The position numbers were made by a program, and so were the translations under genes. The notes under the pieces were generated by a model. That model was not told the origin of the DNA. It searched no databases and saw only the letters and a program-made list of their open reading frames with translations. This document shows, in pieces, positions 17,451 to 27,693 of a stretch of 63,300 nt of DNA. The DNA is from Firmicutes bacterium UBA2598 (GTDB lineage: Bacteria > Bacillota > PH28-bin88). How positions within the stretch are numbered: the stretch's first letter is position 1; each line of letters starts with the position of its first letter. Where the stretch lies: assembly GCA_002339345.1 (NCBI GenBank), contig DDKM01000032.1, forward strand, positions 79,259-142,558, written 5' to 3'.

Positions 17451-18761
17451 CTAGTTCTTGGGTCGGCGGTCAATCACTCGCTTGGCCTTACCCTCGCTTC
17501 TTTCAATGGTTTTCGGCTCCACCAGTTTTACCTTCACGGTAAGCCCCAGTGTACTCTCGATTTCCGCACGAATACGGTTTTCCTTGGCCTCCAGCTGCCG
17601 TACCTGGTCTGAAAACATCTGTTCGGAAACCTCCACCCACACCTCCAGGGTGTCCAGGGTCCCTTCCCTGTCCACAATAAGCATGTAATGGGGTTCGGTT
17701 TCACCGATCTCCAGCAACACACTCTCAACTTGGGACGGGAAGACATTGACCCCTCGGATGATCAGCATGTCATCGGTCCGGCCGCTTACCCGCCGCATCC
17801 GCACATGGGTACGCCCACAACTGCAGGGTTCCACGCTGAGCATGGAGATATCCCTGGTCCGGTACCGGATTACCGGTAGGGCTTCTTTGGTCAAGGAGGT
17901 AAACACCAGTTCGCCAGGAGTGCCGTAGGGCAGCGGCTCGCCGGTGTCCGGATCGATAATCTCCGGCAGGAAGTGGTCCTCCCAAATGTGCAGCCCGTTT
18001 TTCTGTTCACACTCAATGGAAACTCCCGGCCCGATCACCTCACTCAGGCCGTAGATGTCAATGGCGCTGATCCCCAGTTTCTTTTCAATTTCCTTACGCA
18101 TATTGTCCGACCAGGGCTCCGCTCCGAAGATGCCGCACTTTAGCCGGAGATCCCCCGGGGTGAGTCCCATTTCCCGTATGACTTCCGCCAGGAAGAGGGC
18201 GTAGGAGGGGGTACAGGTAAGCACCGTGCTGCCATAATCCTTCATGATCATCACTTGACGCTTGGTATTGCCGCCGGAAATGGGGATCACCGAAGCCCCC
18301 AGTCGTTCCGCGCCATAGTGAACCCCCAAGCCGCCGGTAAACAGGCCGTATCCGTAAGCGTTATGGATGACATCATCCTTCGTTGCCCCGCCACATACCA
18401 GGGATCGGGCCATCAGTTCTGACCAGGTATTGATATCCTGCCGGGTATACCCCACAACGGTAGGCTTTCCTGTGGTGCCCGAGGAAGAGTGAATCCGCAC
18501 TATCTCGCTCAACGGCACTGCAAACATCCCGTATGGGTAGTTGTCGCGCAGATCCTGTTTGGTGGTAAAGGGTAACTTTTTCAAATCCTCCAGGCTGCGA
18601 ATATCCCCTGGTTCCACGCCGGCCTGTTGCATGGCCCTGCGGTAATGGGGCACATTATAATAGGCGCGCTCCACCGTGACCTGCAGCCGCTCCAGTTGCA
18701 GTTGACCCAGTTCTTCCCGGGCCATGGTTTCATACCGGGTATTCCAGTACAAATTTACCAC
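17451..18761 (-). CDS. paaK: Phenylacetate--CoA ligase
   Basis: AMP-binding motif SSGTTGKPT and the YGLSE block. The PaaK-type length (436 aa) and C-terminal domain fit. Confidence 0.9.
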   Translation of the reverse strand: MVNLYWNTRYETMAREELGQLQLERLQVTVERAYYNVPHYRRAMQQAGVEPGDIRSLEDLKKLPFTTKQDLRDNYPYGMFAVPLSEIVRIHSSSGTTGKPTVVGYTRQDINTWSELMARSLVCGGATKDDVIHNAYGYGLFTGGLGVHYGAERLGASVIPISGGNTKRQVMIMKDYGSTVLTCTPSYALFLAEVIREMGLTPGDLRLKCGIFGAEPWSDNMRKEIEKKLGISAIDIYGLSEVIGPGVSIECEQKNGLHIWEDHFLPEIIDPDTGEPLPYGTPGELVFTSLTKEALPVIRYRTRDISMLSVEPCSCGRTHVRMRRVSGRTDDMLIIRGVNVFPSQVESVLLEIGETEPHYMLIVDREGTLDTLEVWVEVSEQMFSDQVRQLEAKENRIRAEIESTLGLTVKVKLVEPKTIERSEGKAKRVIDRRPKN

Positions 18762-18890
18762 TCTCCCACCATCACAGTTGTGAATAAATTACAATTATTC
18801 TACGTCCACCCTCGTGATCCTGCTAAATGATGATAAGAACAAACCGCTTGTAAATATCATCCATCACCTTCTCTCACCATAGTGAAAAGA

Positions 18891-18920
18891 CGATCCATAT
18901 GGATAATTCCACATGGATCG
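18891..18920. repeat. 12-bp-arm inverted repeat in the paaK upstream region
   Basis: Reads CGATCCATATGG-ATAATT-CCACATGGATCG with one mismatch between the arms. Confidence 0.6.
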
Positions 18921-19028
18921 CCTGCCCCCTGTCACTCAACAGAAATATTTAAACCGTCTTTTTCCAAGAAAGTTTTTTGTAAAAACCATCGGTGGGCATG
19001 TTGGCGTGGCAGGCAGGATTTGCCCCCT

Positions 19029-20606
19029 TTAACCGAGGATGCTTTCCACTTCTTCGGCATCCGCCTCCATAATGTACCGCACTCCTGTTATCTCAGCAGC
19101 TTCCCGGGTCAATGCAGCCACGTCATCCCTAGTGATGTACTCCAGGCTGAACTTGCGGGCACCGCACATGAACTGGCGCAAGCCCTGGGCCAACCGCTCG
19201 AAATAACTGTAAACACCAATGGCCCCCACCGGCAGGCGGTCAAAGTCGCCGCCCAGCTTGTTTTTGAGTTCGGTGGCAAATATGAACACCTGTTCCAGCT
19301 GCTCCCCGTATTTCTTGTACTCGGCGGGGACGGAACCCTCCCTGATTTTTTCCCCGACCACCTTGCCCACCATGGCAGCAGCCAGCGGAGACCGGGCCAT
19401 GCCGATCATTTTCACATGGGGTGCACTGAGGGCAAAACCCTTAAACATGTGGTCCTCCAGGGTAAAGCCGCCAGCGATGGCCACATCAGGTACATAGGCA
19501 CCCTTGGCCGCCAGGCGATCCAGGTACTTGGTCAATAGACCCTGGATGTAAACGGTGGGTACACCCCACTCATTCATCATCCGCCATGGGCTCATACCGG
19601 TACCGCCGCCGGCACCGTCAACGGTGAGCAGGTCGATTTTGGCATCGGACGCGAATTTAACCGCCCTGGCCAGGTCAGCCGGCCGGTAGGCACCGGTTTT
19701 CAGGAATACATACTTGGCACCGGCCTTGCGCAGCTGTTCCACCCGGGCATGGAAGGATTCTTCAGTTACCATGCCAACCCGGGAATGACGCTCAAATTCG
19801 CTAAAAGCCCCGACCCTATAGGCCTCCTGCACCGTGGCGTCTTCGGGATCCGGTAGCACGATGTAACCACGGCTCTTCAGCTGTAGCGCCCTTTCCAGGG
19901 AGTTCAACTTAACTTCGCCGCCAATATCTTTGGCACCCTGACCCCACTTAATTTCCACTGCCTCCACACCCAGTTTTTCCAGGGCATATTCCTGCACGCC
20001 AAGGGCGGTGTCCTCCACGTTGGCCTGTACGGCGATAAAACCATAGCCGTTATACCAGTCCTGGAAGGCCCTGATGCGCTTCTCCAGGTTGGGGGATTTG
20101 ATGACCCGGCCATTTTTAATTTCGGAATTGGGGTCCATGGCACAAACGTTTTCACCGATGGCTATCCCCACACCGGAAATGGCTGCCCCTGCCGCCAGGT
20201 GATCCCAGTTATCCGCAGCTACGTTGGTGGAGCCCATGGCTGCGATGACAATGGGTAGGCGTACTTTGATTTTGTTGGTGGCTCCAATGGCGGTCTCCAG
20301 GTTAACAGCTGGGAAGATGGCCTTGTCACTATCCGCCTCGATACCTACGGCACCAACCGCCGTACCCATGATGTTAAAATGGGAATAATCCACCGGGTAA
20401 TCCTTCTGAGAAGCGGAGGTTGTTTTACCAAAGGGCTGGGGATATAGCACCTCTTTTCCCCGGACCGCTGATTTCCCAATTTCACAGAGACCGGGACAGC
20501 CGTCCAGACACGTTACACACATTCCGCTAAAAGGACAATAATTCCCCTTGAGGCGATGTCTGGTTAAGGTCGCCTCACTGGCATTCACGCCCACACTATA
20601 GGTCAT
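19029..20606 (-). CDS. FMN-binding glutamate synthase family protein (stand-alone GltB FMN domain with N-terminal Cys cluster)
   Basis: N-terminal CPFSGMCVTCLDGCPGLCE cluster and the TVDGAGGGTGMSP FMN/Fe-S domain signature. Confidence 0.85.
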   Translation of the reverse strand: MTYSVGVNASEATLTRHRLKGNYCPFSGMCVTCLDGCPGLCEIGKSAVRGKEVLYPQPFGKTTSASQKDYPVDYSHFNIMGTAVGAVGIEADSDKAIFPAVNLETAIGATNKIKVRLPIVIAAMGSTNVAADNWDHLAAGAAISGVGIAIGENVCAMDPNSEIKNGRVIKSPNLEKRIRAFQDWYNGYGFIAVQANVEDTALGVQEYALEKLGVEAVEIKWGQGAKDIGGEVKLNSLERALQLKSRGYIVLPDPEDATVQEAYRVGAFSEFERHSRVGMVTEESFHARVEQLRKAGAKYVFLKTGAYRPADLARAVKFASDAKIDLLTVDGAGGGTGMSPWRMMNEWGVPTVYIQGLLTKYLDRLAAKGAYVPDVAIAGGFTLEDHMFKGFALSAPHVKMIGMARSPLAAAMVGKVVGEKIREGSVPAEYKKYGEQLEQVFIFATELKNKLGGDFDRLPVGAIGVYSYFERLAQGLRQFMCGARKFSLEYITRDDVAALTREAAEITGVRYIMEADAEEVESILG

Positions 20607-20659
20607 TTTCTACCATCCTCCTGTTTCTCTCCCATTTTTTCTCTCTTTTTTTGTTCAAG

Positions 20660-20698
20660 TATGTCCCTTGGCTGCAAATATGTCCCTTGGCTGCAAAG
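20660..20698. repeat. Tandem direct repeat, two copies of 19 bp
   Basis: TATGTCCCTTGGCTGCAAA occurs twice back to back, between the glnA stop and the start of the glutamate-synthase-like gene. Confidence 0.9.
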
Positions 20699-20780
20699 CA
20701 ATCCTTGACCGTAGGCAGGTCAACCCCGTTCTCCCCCGGGGTTTGTGCATTCACCTCCCAGCTGAAATTTAAACTCTGTC

Positions 20781-22109
20781 CTAAAAAATCCCCAGGTACT
20801 CCCTCAACTCCCAGGGATGGACATTGTTTTGGTAGCGCTCCCATTCCTGCCGCTTGGCCTTGGCAAACCGCTGGTAGATATACTCTCCCAATGTCTCCCT
20901 GATCAACTGATCAGCCTCCAGCTCATCCAGGGCTTCCTGCAGGTGGCGGGGCAAACACCCGACCTGTAAGGCTTCCCGCTGGCTGTTGTCCATCTGGAAA
21001 AGATTTTCCGCAACAGGTGGAGGAGGTGGCGCTCCTCTGGCAATCCCATCCATTCCCGCCTCAATCATGGACGCCAGGGCCAGGTAAGGGTTACAGGCGG
21101 GATCCGGATTGCGCACCTCCACCCTGGTCTGCTCACCCCGGTGGGCAGGGACCCGGATGACGGTGTTGCGGTTATGCTCCGACCAGGCCACATAGGTGGG
21201 GGACAAATCCCCAGGCACCAGTCGCTTGTAGGAGTTTACCGTGGGATTGGTAAGGGCGGTGATGGCCTGGATATGGGCAAGCATACCGCCGATGAAAAAC
21301 CGTGCTTCATCACTCAAACCCATGGGTTGTGCGGCAGCAAAAAGGGCGTTGCCGCCACCCAGCCGGTCCAGGGAAATATGCCAGTGGAGGGCGGAACCGG
21401 GCATCCCGTTGATGGGTTTGGGCATAAAGGATGCGTACAGCCCGTGGCGCTGGGCAATGGTGCGTACCACAAACTTGAAGGTGACCACCTTGTCTGCCAT
21501 CCCCAGGGCATGCTCTTGCTTGAGTACGATCTCGTGTTGCCCATGTCCCAACTCGTGGTGGCTGGACCCGATTTCGAAATCCATTTCCTCCAGAGTCAGC
21601 ACCATGTCCCGCCTGGCGTTCTCCCCCTGGTCCACGGGGGTGAGGTCACAAAAACCCGCCCGGTCATGGGTATCGGTGGTGGGGTTGCCCTTTTCATCGG
21701 TGTGAAAAAGGTAAAACTCCGCTTCTGTACCTACCCTGGCGGTAAATCCCCGGCGGGCAGCCCTTTCCAACACCTTTTTCAGTACATTCCGGGAACACCC
21801 GGGATAGGGAGTGCCGTCGGGATTGGCGACATCACAAATCAGCCTGGCCACCGCACCTTCCCTGGGCCGCCATGGAAACACCACAAAGGTGGATGGTTCC
21901 GGTAAAAGGACAATATCCCGTTCCCGGTTACGCACCTGGCCCTCCACCACCGAACTGTCAAAGATCATTTCCCCGGCTAAAATCCGCGGGAGATCCTCCA
22001 CGGTGACGGCGATATTTTTCAACATCCCAAAAATATCGGTAAATTGCAACCGGATGAACTTGACGTTACTTTCCCTCGCCTTTTCCAGGACATCCTCCCT
22101 GGTGTACAT
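20781..22109 (-). CDS. glnA: Glutamine synthetase, type I
   Basis: Shows VKFIRLQFTDIFG and the conserved GS blocks (GSSHHE..., NPY...). Start reset to ATG 22109 (MYTREDVL), behind a GAGGTG SD. The track's 49-aa N-terminal extension runs through the leader terminator. Confidence 0.93.
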   Translation of the reverse strand: MYTREDVLEKARESNVKFIRLQFTDIFGMLKNIAVTVEDLPRILAGEMIFDSSVVEGQVRNRERDIVLLPEPSTFVVFPWRPREGAVARLICDVANPDGTPYPGCSRNVLKKVLERAARRGFTARVGTEAEFYLFHTDEKGNPTTDTHDRAGFCDLTPVDQGENARRDMVLTLEEMDFEIGSSHHELGHGQHEIVLKQEHALGMADKVVTFKFVVRTIAQRHGLYASFMPKPINGMPGSALHWHISLDRLGGGNALFAAAQPMGLSDEARFFIGGMLAHIQAITALTNPTVNSYKRLVPGDLSPTYVAWSEHNRNTVIRVPAHRGEQTRVEVRNPDPACNPYLALASMIEAGMDGIARGAPPPPPVAENLFQMDNSQREALQVGCLPRHLQEALDELEADQLIRETLGEYIYQRFAKAKRQEWERYQNNVHPWELREYLGIF

Positions 22110-22135
22110 CACTGTCAACACCTCACATACCTTGG

Positions 22136-22189
22136 AAAATAAAAACCCTCCAAAGACAGGTGAATAGTTTACGCACCTGGCTTTGGAGG
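22136..22189 (-). terminator. Leader (attenuator-type) intrinsic terminator upstream of glnA
   Basis: Minus strand reads CCTCCAAAGCCAGGTG-loop-CACCTGTCTTTGGAGG followed by GTTTTTATTTT. It lies between the predicted promoter and the glnA SD. Confidence 0.6.
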
Positions 22190-22221
22190 ACGCCGTTGCC
22201 CTCATCAATATACCGCTATTG
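22186..22221 (-). promoter_or_regulatory. Candidate ANTAR-target dual hairpin
   Basis: Minus strand has CAATA-GCGGTA-TATTG, a 2-nt linker, then GAGGGC-AACGGC-GTCCTC. Both loops are hexaloops; the second has A1/G4. The 3' arm of the second hairpin shares CCTC with the terminator 5' arm. Confidence 0.35.
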
Positions 22222-22227
22222 TCGCTA

Positions 22228-22256
22228 ATTATAGCAAATAAAGTGTTGTGTTCCAA
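22228..22256 (-). promoter_or_regulatory. Sigma-A-type promoter for glnA
   Basis: Minus strand reads TTGGAA (22256-22251), a 17-nt spacer, then TATAAT (22233-22228). Confidence 0.55.
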
Positions 22257-22267
22257 TTAGTAATTAT

Positions 22268-22288
22268 AAAAGTATACTGTATACTTTT
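22268..22288. promoter_or_regulatory. Perfect 10-bp-arm palindrome just upstream of the glnA -35
   Basis: Reads AAAAGTATAC-T-GTATACTTTT, ending 12 nt upstream of the -35 hexamer. It is a candidate operator or activator site. Confidence 0.45.
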
Positions 22289-22336
22289 TCCCAGTTCCTT
22301 TCACCTTGTACGGCCCTTATTGGCCATTGGCGCCCT

Positions 22337-22921
22337 TCACGGCAAGCCACCCTTCAAGAAGGTTTTGGCAATCTTATCAATTGATACACAACGGTCCATG
22401 GCCAGCTTGCGTAAATGCTGGTATGCCTCCTGTTCACTCCAACCTGTTTTTTGCATCAAAAGCCCTTTGGCCTTTTCCACCAGTTTCCTGTTCTCCAGGC
22501 TTTCCCGCAAGGATCGGTTATCCTGCTCCAAACGAATCACCCTCTGAAAGGCAGACCAAGCCATCACCACTTCCGGCAGCAGGGTGGTCTCCGTCACCGG
22601 TTTGACCAGCAAACCGTAAACACCGGCCGCCCGGGCCCGCTCTAGTAACCCCCAGTAATCCCCGCTGAGTAAAAGTAGCACCGGGGCAACCCGTTGTTCA
22701 TCCAGCACCCGTGCCACCTCCAGACCGTCCCTGACAGGCAAGGCGTGATCCAGAATCACCAGATCCGGCTGTCTGCTAAAAGCTAGCTGGGAGGCTGTCC
22801 GTCCATCACCGGCTTCCGCCACAAGGCTGTGACCGGCCCGAACCAGAAGATCCTTCACGTTTTTCCTTTCCTGTACATCGGCGTCTGCCAGCAGGATTCG
22901 CAAACCGTACATAAACCGCAC
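22337..22921 (-). CDS. ANTAR-domain response regulator (REC + RNA-binding antiterminator output)
   Basis: REC motifs (ILLADAD, DLVILDHALP, LVKP) and a C-terminal ANTAR helix block (LENRKLVEKAKGLLMQKTGWSEQEAYQHLRKLAMD). Confidence 0.88.
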   Translation of the reverse strand: MRFMYGLRILLADADVQERKNVKDLLVRAGHSLVAEAGDGRTASQLAFSRQPDLVILDHALPVRDGLEVARVLDEQRVAPVLLLLSGDYWGLLERARAAGVYGLLVKPVTETTLLPEVVMAWSAFQRVIRLEQDNRSLRESLENRKLVEKAKGLLMQKTGWSEQEAYQHLRKLAMDRCVSIDKIAKTFLKGGLP

Positions 22922-23015
22922 CTTCGCGCTGCAATTTAACCATTATTCTATCATGAACCTCCCCCTGGTAAAACCCATCATGCAAAAAATGACAAATGCC
23001 CACCCCTTGCCGAAC

Positions 23016-24434
23016 TCAGGCGGGCTCTCCACCGGCGCGGACGGGCCGGCGGGAATTGCGTTTCCCGTCATATGAAAACACTGTGCCCTTCCCTTCCACC
23101 ACCGTTTCCAGGTGTACCGGGCGGCCCCAAAGCAAGTAGACATGGGGCATGGTCTTTTCCAGATACGGTAGATCCAATTCCACACCCTCGTACCGGTGCT
23201 GCAGGTACAACTCTCCCCGGTGGTTGTAATCACCATCCACCACCACGATGGATGGAAATCCGCCGTTAATCCTGGCCTCCACCAGTCCCTCGCGCACCTT
23301 CTCCCAGTTCTTTTCCGTCACCACCCAATCATGGCCCATTTTTTGATACAGGTAAAGATCCATTTCCTCCACCAGTTCCCTGGTCAGGTAGTTACGCAAG
23401 AAAGACACATCATTTTCGCAGGCCCTGACGGTAAAGATCTTGTCCCGACCTTCTCCCCCCGGACGGCGGAACCGCCGGCGTTCCTCCTCCGAAGGGTTAT
23501 CCCACCGTTTTTCAATATCCTCAAATATTTTAACTCCCAACAAGTAAGGATTGATAGCGGTGCGAGATGGTACAATGACTGAGGCATGCATTTTGGCAAA
23601 TTCCAGCGCTTCCCCTTCCGGCAGGTCCAGTTCCCTGATAATGCGGGTGTGCCAGTAGGTAGCCCACCCTTCATTCATGATCTTGGTCTCCAACTGAGGC
23701 CAGAAATAAAGCATCTCTTCTCTGACCATGGCGATGACGTCCCGCTGCCAGTCCTCCAGGTCCCGGCTATGGGTCATGATGAAATACAGCAGATCCTTTT
23801 CCGGTTGGGCAGGCACCTTCCGGGCTGGAACGGGCGGAGAAGGGGCGGGCGGTTTGCCCAAGTTGAACAGATCATCATAGGGCGTCTCCTCCGGTTCAGC
23901 CTGTTCCTGCACAGGTATTCCCTTGACCTGGGGACGGGGTTCGATGTGTTCCTGGATGGACAGGACGGCATCCAAAAAAATTTCCACTTCCCGCCGGCCG
24001 TACTTGTACTCGTATTCCCTGATCCGCCTGGCGTGGACCGACATGCTTTCCAGCATCTGCCGGGAAGTTTTTTTAAAATGGGCATTATTTTTGAAAAAGT
24101 CACTGTGGGCCAGCACATGGGCGATAACCAGCTTTTGCTGGATGAGGGTATTTCCTTCCAATAAAAAGGCATAGCAGGGGTCAGAGTTGATGACCAGTTC
24201 GTAAATACGGCTCAAATTGTAATCATATTGGGTTTTCATGCGGTGAAAGGCCTTACCGAAGGACCAGTGGGCAAAACGGGCGGGCATACCGTAGGCGCCA
24301 AAGGTATAAATAATATCCGCCGGGCATATTTCGAAACGCATATCATAAAAATCCAGGCCGAAGCGGCGGGCGATGCCGATAATTTCTTCCACCGCTTTTT
24401 CCAAAACCTGCAGTTCCTGGTTATGGTGCATCAT
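23016..24434 (-). CDS. spoVR: Stage V sporulation protein R family
   Basis: Full-length SpoVR signature ([23 protein letters not shown]). It is the third gene of the prkA-yhbH-spoVR set. Confidence 0.92.
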   Translation of the reverse strand: MMHHNQELQVLEKAVEEIIGIARRFGLDFYDMRFEICPADIIYTFGAYGMPARFAHWSFGKAFHRMKTQYDYNLSRIYELVINSDPCYAFLLEGNTLIQQKLVIAHVLAHSDFFKNNAHFKKTSRQMLESMSVHARRIREYEYKYGRREVEIFLDAVLSIQEHIEPRPQVKGIPVQEQAEPEETPYDDLFNLGKPPAPSPPVPARKVPAQPEKDLLYFIMTHSRDLEDWQRDVIAMVREEMLYFWPQLETKIMNEGWATYWHTRIIRELDLPEGEALEFAKMHASVIVPSRTAINPYLLGVKIFEDIEKRWDNPSEEERRRFRRPGGEGRDKIFTVRACENDVSFLRNYLTRELVEEMDLYLYQKMGHDWVVTEKNWEKVREGLVEARINGGFPSIVVVDGDYNHRGELYLQHRYEGVELDLPYLEKTMPHVYLLWGRPVHLETVVEGKGTVFSYDGKRNSRRPVRAGGEPA

Positions 24435-24437
24435 GGG

Positions 24438-25604
24438 TTAATGTTCCTCCCGCTTGAAAAAGGCCCGCAGGGCCGGATAAACTTCCGACTTATCCTTGAT
24501 GCTGACCGGCACGAAACGGGGATCTTTGATTTTCTTGTAGGTGCTCATCAGGGTGCTGCTGCGGTAATAGGGGTTGACAATCTCGCCGTATCCGAAAATG
24601 TTGCAGACTTCCAGAAGTTCGTTCACCAGTTTCACGCAAAGATCATTGTCGGAAGGCAGGTTGTCGCCATCGGAGAAATGAAAGGGATAAATGTTGTAAT
24701 CAAGGGGGTTGTACCGCTCCGCAATCATTTCCAGGGCCAGTTGGTACACCGATGAGCACTTGGTGCCGCCGCTTTCACCTTTGGTGAAAAACTCCTCCTC
24801 AGTAACCTCCTTGGCCTTGGTATGATGAGCCAGGAAAACAATTTGCACCTGCTGGTATTTGGTCCGCAAGAACCGAACCATCCAGAAGAAAAAGCTGCGG
24901 GCAATATACTTTTCAAAGGTGCCCATGGAACCGGAGGTGTCCATCATGGCAATGACCACCGCACTGGCCTCGTGTTTCGGCACTTCCTCCCATGTTTTAT
25001 ACCGCAAGTCCTCAGGTTTGATGCCGTGCAGGCCGGGATTGCCCGCCAGGGCGTTGCGCTTGATGGTTTCCAGGATGGTCCGCTTTTTGTCAATGTTGCC
25101 CGTCAAGCCGTGTTTGCGGACATCGTTAAAACGGGGGGAAGTGGCGGAAACCTTTTGCTTGCGGCGGTCCTGCAGGTTGGGCAGTTCCAAATCCTCGAAT
25201 ATCATTTCCGCCAGTTCCTCCAGGGTGACTTCCGTTTCGTAATAGTCCACCCCGGGCTGGTCCCCGGCCCCCTTCCCCTTGCCGCTGCCGGCGAAAGCCT
25301 GATCACTGCCGATCACGTCCCCCTGTTTGGAGTTCCCTTTACCCTGCCCGCCGTGCTTTTGTTTCTGGAAGTTGTAACGAAAACGGTATTCCTCCAGGGA
25401 GCGGATGGGAACCTTGATCACCTTCCGGTCATCGGACATGATAATACTTTCTTCACTGATGATGTCTGCCAGGTTTTGCTTGATGGCCTCCCGCACCTTT
25501 TCCTGGTGGCGCTGCTGGTCCATCTGCCCCCGCCGGTACAGGGACCAATCTTCCCTGGTGATTAAAAAACTGCCGTCCACAGAACATCCCCCCAGGATTT
25601 CCAA
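24438..25604 (-). CDS. yhbH: YhbH/YeaH (DUF444) sporulation protein
   Basis: DUF444 pattern with a C-terminal vWA-like MDTSGSM motif. It lies 3 nt from spoVR. Confidence 0.9.
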   Translation of the reverse strand: MEILGGCSVDGSFLITREDWSLYRRGQMDQQRHQEKVREAIKQNLADIISEESIIMSDDRKVIKVPIRSLEEYRFRYNFQKQKHGGQGKGNSKQGDVIGSDQAFAGSGKGKGAGDQPGVDYYETEVTLEELAEMIFEDLELPNLQDRRKQKVSATSPRFNDVRKHGLTGNIDKKRTILETIKRNALAGNPGLHGIKPEDLRYKTWEEVPKHEASAVVIAMMDTSGSMGTFEKYIARSFFFWMVRFLRTKYQQVQIVFLAHHTKAKEVTEEEFFTKGESGGTKCSSVYQLALEMIAERYNPLDYNIYPFHFSDGDNLPSDNDLCVKLVNELLEVCNIFGYGEIVNPYYRSSTLMSTYKKIKDPRFVPVSIKDKSEVYPALRAFFKREEH

Positions 25605-25621
25605 TTAATGGCCCGAGGACA

Positions 25622-27514
25622 TTACCGGTTTAACAGGCTGCCGGTGTATTTGAGCAGTTCGTTGGCACACACCGGGCAGTAGCCGTGTTCGGAAATCAGG
25701 CGGTCAATGACCGCGTTCATTCTCTTGAGCTGTTCCGGGTCGGGTGTACGGGTGGAGGTGGTGATTTTCACCACGTCCCGCAGGTCGGCAAACAACTTTT
25801 TCTCGATGGCCTCCCGCAGCCTCTCATGGGAATTGTAATCAAACTTCTTGCCCTGCCGGGCGTAGCTGGACAGGCGGATAAGGATCTCCTCCCGGAAAGC
25901 CTTTTTGGCATTTTCCGTTACTCCAATTTGTTCCTCAATGGAACGCATGAGCTTTTCATCGGGATCCATTTCCTCATCGGTGATGGGATCCCTGACCTTC
26001 ACGCCATTGCAATAGGCCTCCACATTGTCCAGGTAGTTTTCAAAAAGGGTGCGGGCAGATTCCTCGTAGGAGTACACAAAGGCCCGCTGAACTTCCTTTT
26101 TGGCCGTTTCATCGTACTCCTGCCGGGCAATGGCTAGGAAGTTACCCAACCTGTCCTTCTCTTCCTTGGTAATGGAAGGATGCTGGTCCAGCCCGTCCTT
26201 CAATGCCCGAAGGATATCCAGGGCGTTGATACACCGGGTGTCCCCGGTAATCAGGGCACTGGAAATGCGGTTGATGACATACCTGGGGTCAACTCCGTTC
26301 ATGCCCTCCTGCTCCGCCTCCGCCATCAGTTCTGCCACGTCCTTTTGCTTGAACCCCTCTACGTCCTCGCCGTCATACAGCTTCATCTTTTTGACCAGGT
26401 CCATCCCTTGTTTTTTGGATTCCTTCAGCCTGGACAGAACGGAAAAAATACTGGCCGCCCACAGGCTATAGGGCGCAAGGTGCACATTGATGGCACTCTG
26501 GCGGATCATCTTTTCGTAAATGCGGACTTCCTGGCTGACTTTAAGGTTATAGGGGATGGGCATCACGATAATTCGCGACCGCAAGGCCTCATTTTTGGGG
26601 TTGGCGATAAATACGCGGTATTCCGCTTCGTTGGTGTGGGCAACGATCATCTCATCGGCGCTGATAAGGGCAAAGCGCCCCGCCTTAAAGTTGCCTTCCT
26701 GGGAAAGGCTCAGCAAGTTGTATAGAAACTTCTCGTCACACTTTAACATCTCCTGAAACTCCATCAGCCCCCGGTTGGCCTTGTTCAGTTCACCGTCAAA
26801 CCGGTAAGCCCGGGGATCGGATTCCGAGCCGAACTCGGAAATGGTGGAAAAATCGATGGAGCCGGTGAGATCTGCAATGTCCTGGGATTTGGGATCGGAA
26901 GGACTGAAGGTGCCGATACCCAGCCTGTTTTCCTCAGAAAATACCACCCGGTGAACCCGCACATCTTCCACCCGGCCGTGATATACTTCCTCCAGCATTA
27001 ACTTACAGGAAGGGCACAGGTTTCCTTCCACATAAATGCCGTAGTTTTTCTCCATCTCAGCCCTTAAATCATGGGGAATCAGGTGCAGTGGTTCTTCCTG
27101 CATGGGGCAGTTTTTAATGGCATATACGGCCCCTGACGGGGTACGGGTATACCGTTCCAACCCCCTCTTTAACATGGTGACGATGGTGGATTTCCCCCCA
27201 CTGACCGGGCCCATTAACAAGAGGATACGTTTACGAACATCCAAGCGCTTAGCCGCTGAGTGGATATACTCCTCAACCAACCGTTCCAGGGTCCGGTCAA
27301 GGCCGAAGATCTCCCCGGCAAAAAAGTTATAGCGCTTGATACCATTTACTTCTTCCACTCCTTCGCTCACAATCATGTCATAAATGCGGGCATGGGCCAG
27401 CCGGGCTATGGAAGGGTTTTTGATCACCATCTCCAGGTATTCAACAAAACTGCCCTCCCACTGGAGCTGTTTTTCCTGCTGGCGATGCTCCTCCAATCGC
27501 TTCAGGATATCCAT
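25622..27514 (-). CDS. prkA: PrkA-family serine protein kinase (AAA-type)
   Basis: Length 630 aa, Walker A LLMGPVSGGKST, and PrkA N- and C-domain collinearity. Confidence 0.95.
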   Translation of the reverse strand: MDILKRLEEHRQQEKQLQWEGSFVEYLEMVIKNPSIARLAHARIYDMIVSEGVEEVNGIKRYNFFAGEIFGLDRTLERLVEEYIHSAAKRLDVRKRILLLMGPVSGGKSTIVTMLKRGLERYTRTPSGAVYAIKNCPMQEEPLHLIPHDLRAEMEKNYGIYVEGNLCPSCKLMLEEVYHGRVEDVRVHRVVFSEENRLGIGTFSPSDPKSQDIADLTGSIDFSTISEFGSESDPRAYRFDGELNKANRGLMEFQEMLKCDEKFLYNLLSLSQEGNFKAGRFALISADEMIVAHTNEAEYRVFIANPKNEALRSRIIVMPIPYNLKVSQEVRIYEKMIRQSAINVHLAPYSLWAASIFSVLSRLKESKKQGMDLVKKMKLYDGEDVEGFKQKDVAELMAEAEQEGMNGVDPRYVINRISSALITGDTRCINALDILRALKDGLDQHPSITKEEKDRLGNFLAIARQEYDETAKKEVQRAFVYSYEESARTLFENYLDNVEAYCNGVKVRDPITDEEMDPDEKLMRSIEEQIGVTENAKKAFREEILIRLSSYARQGKKFDYNSHERLREAIEKKLFADLRDVVKITTSTRTPDPEQLKRMNAVIDRLISEHGYCPVCANELLKYTGSLLNR

Positions 27515-27693
27515 AGCAACTCTCCTCCCTTGGGGAAGCGGTCTGACTTTCTAATCCCATTATATGCGGCAGCCATCTCAGGAAGAAGGCACGGACAGGC
27601 CTGAAAAAACAGCCCCGATCCATGGCAGGAAAAATGCCCTGTGGCAAGAATAATCTCCGGGGTGTAAGAAAAAATAACCAGGAGGTGATGGGC

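Noticed and set aside
18882-19538. 218-aa plus-strand ORF starting in the paaK spacer.
   Set aside because: Most of it is antisense to the FMN glutamate-synthase-like gene. Its start sits inside the inverted repeat, and it shows no family signature.
20660-20698. Possible sigma-54 (-24/-12) promoter in the tandem repeat (TGGC...TGCA).
   Set aside because: The GG-to-GC spacing does not fit TGGCAC-N5-TTGC on either strand. The better partial match points away from any downstream gene.
22110-22256. 49-residue N-terminal extension of glnA from the track ORF. There are similar long extensions on the response regulator (33725-33973), dnaE2 (42100-42243), gerM (14666-14824) and the amidase (13863-13946).
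   Set aside because: The extensions cross promoters, terminators or the upstream gene. They also lack SDs, whereas the internal starts have good SDs and match family N-termini.
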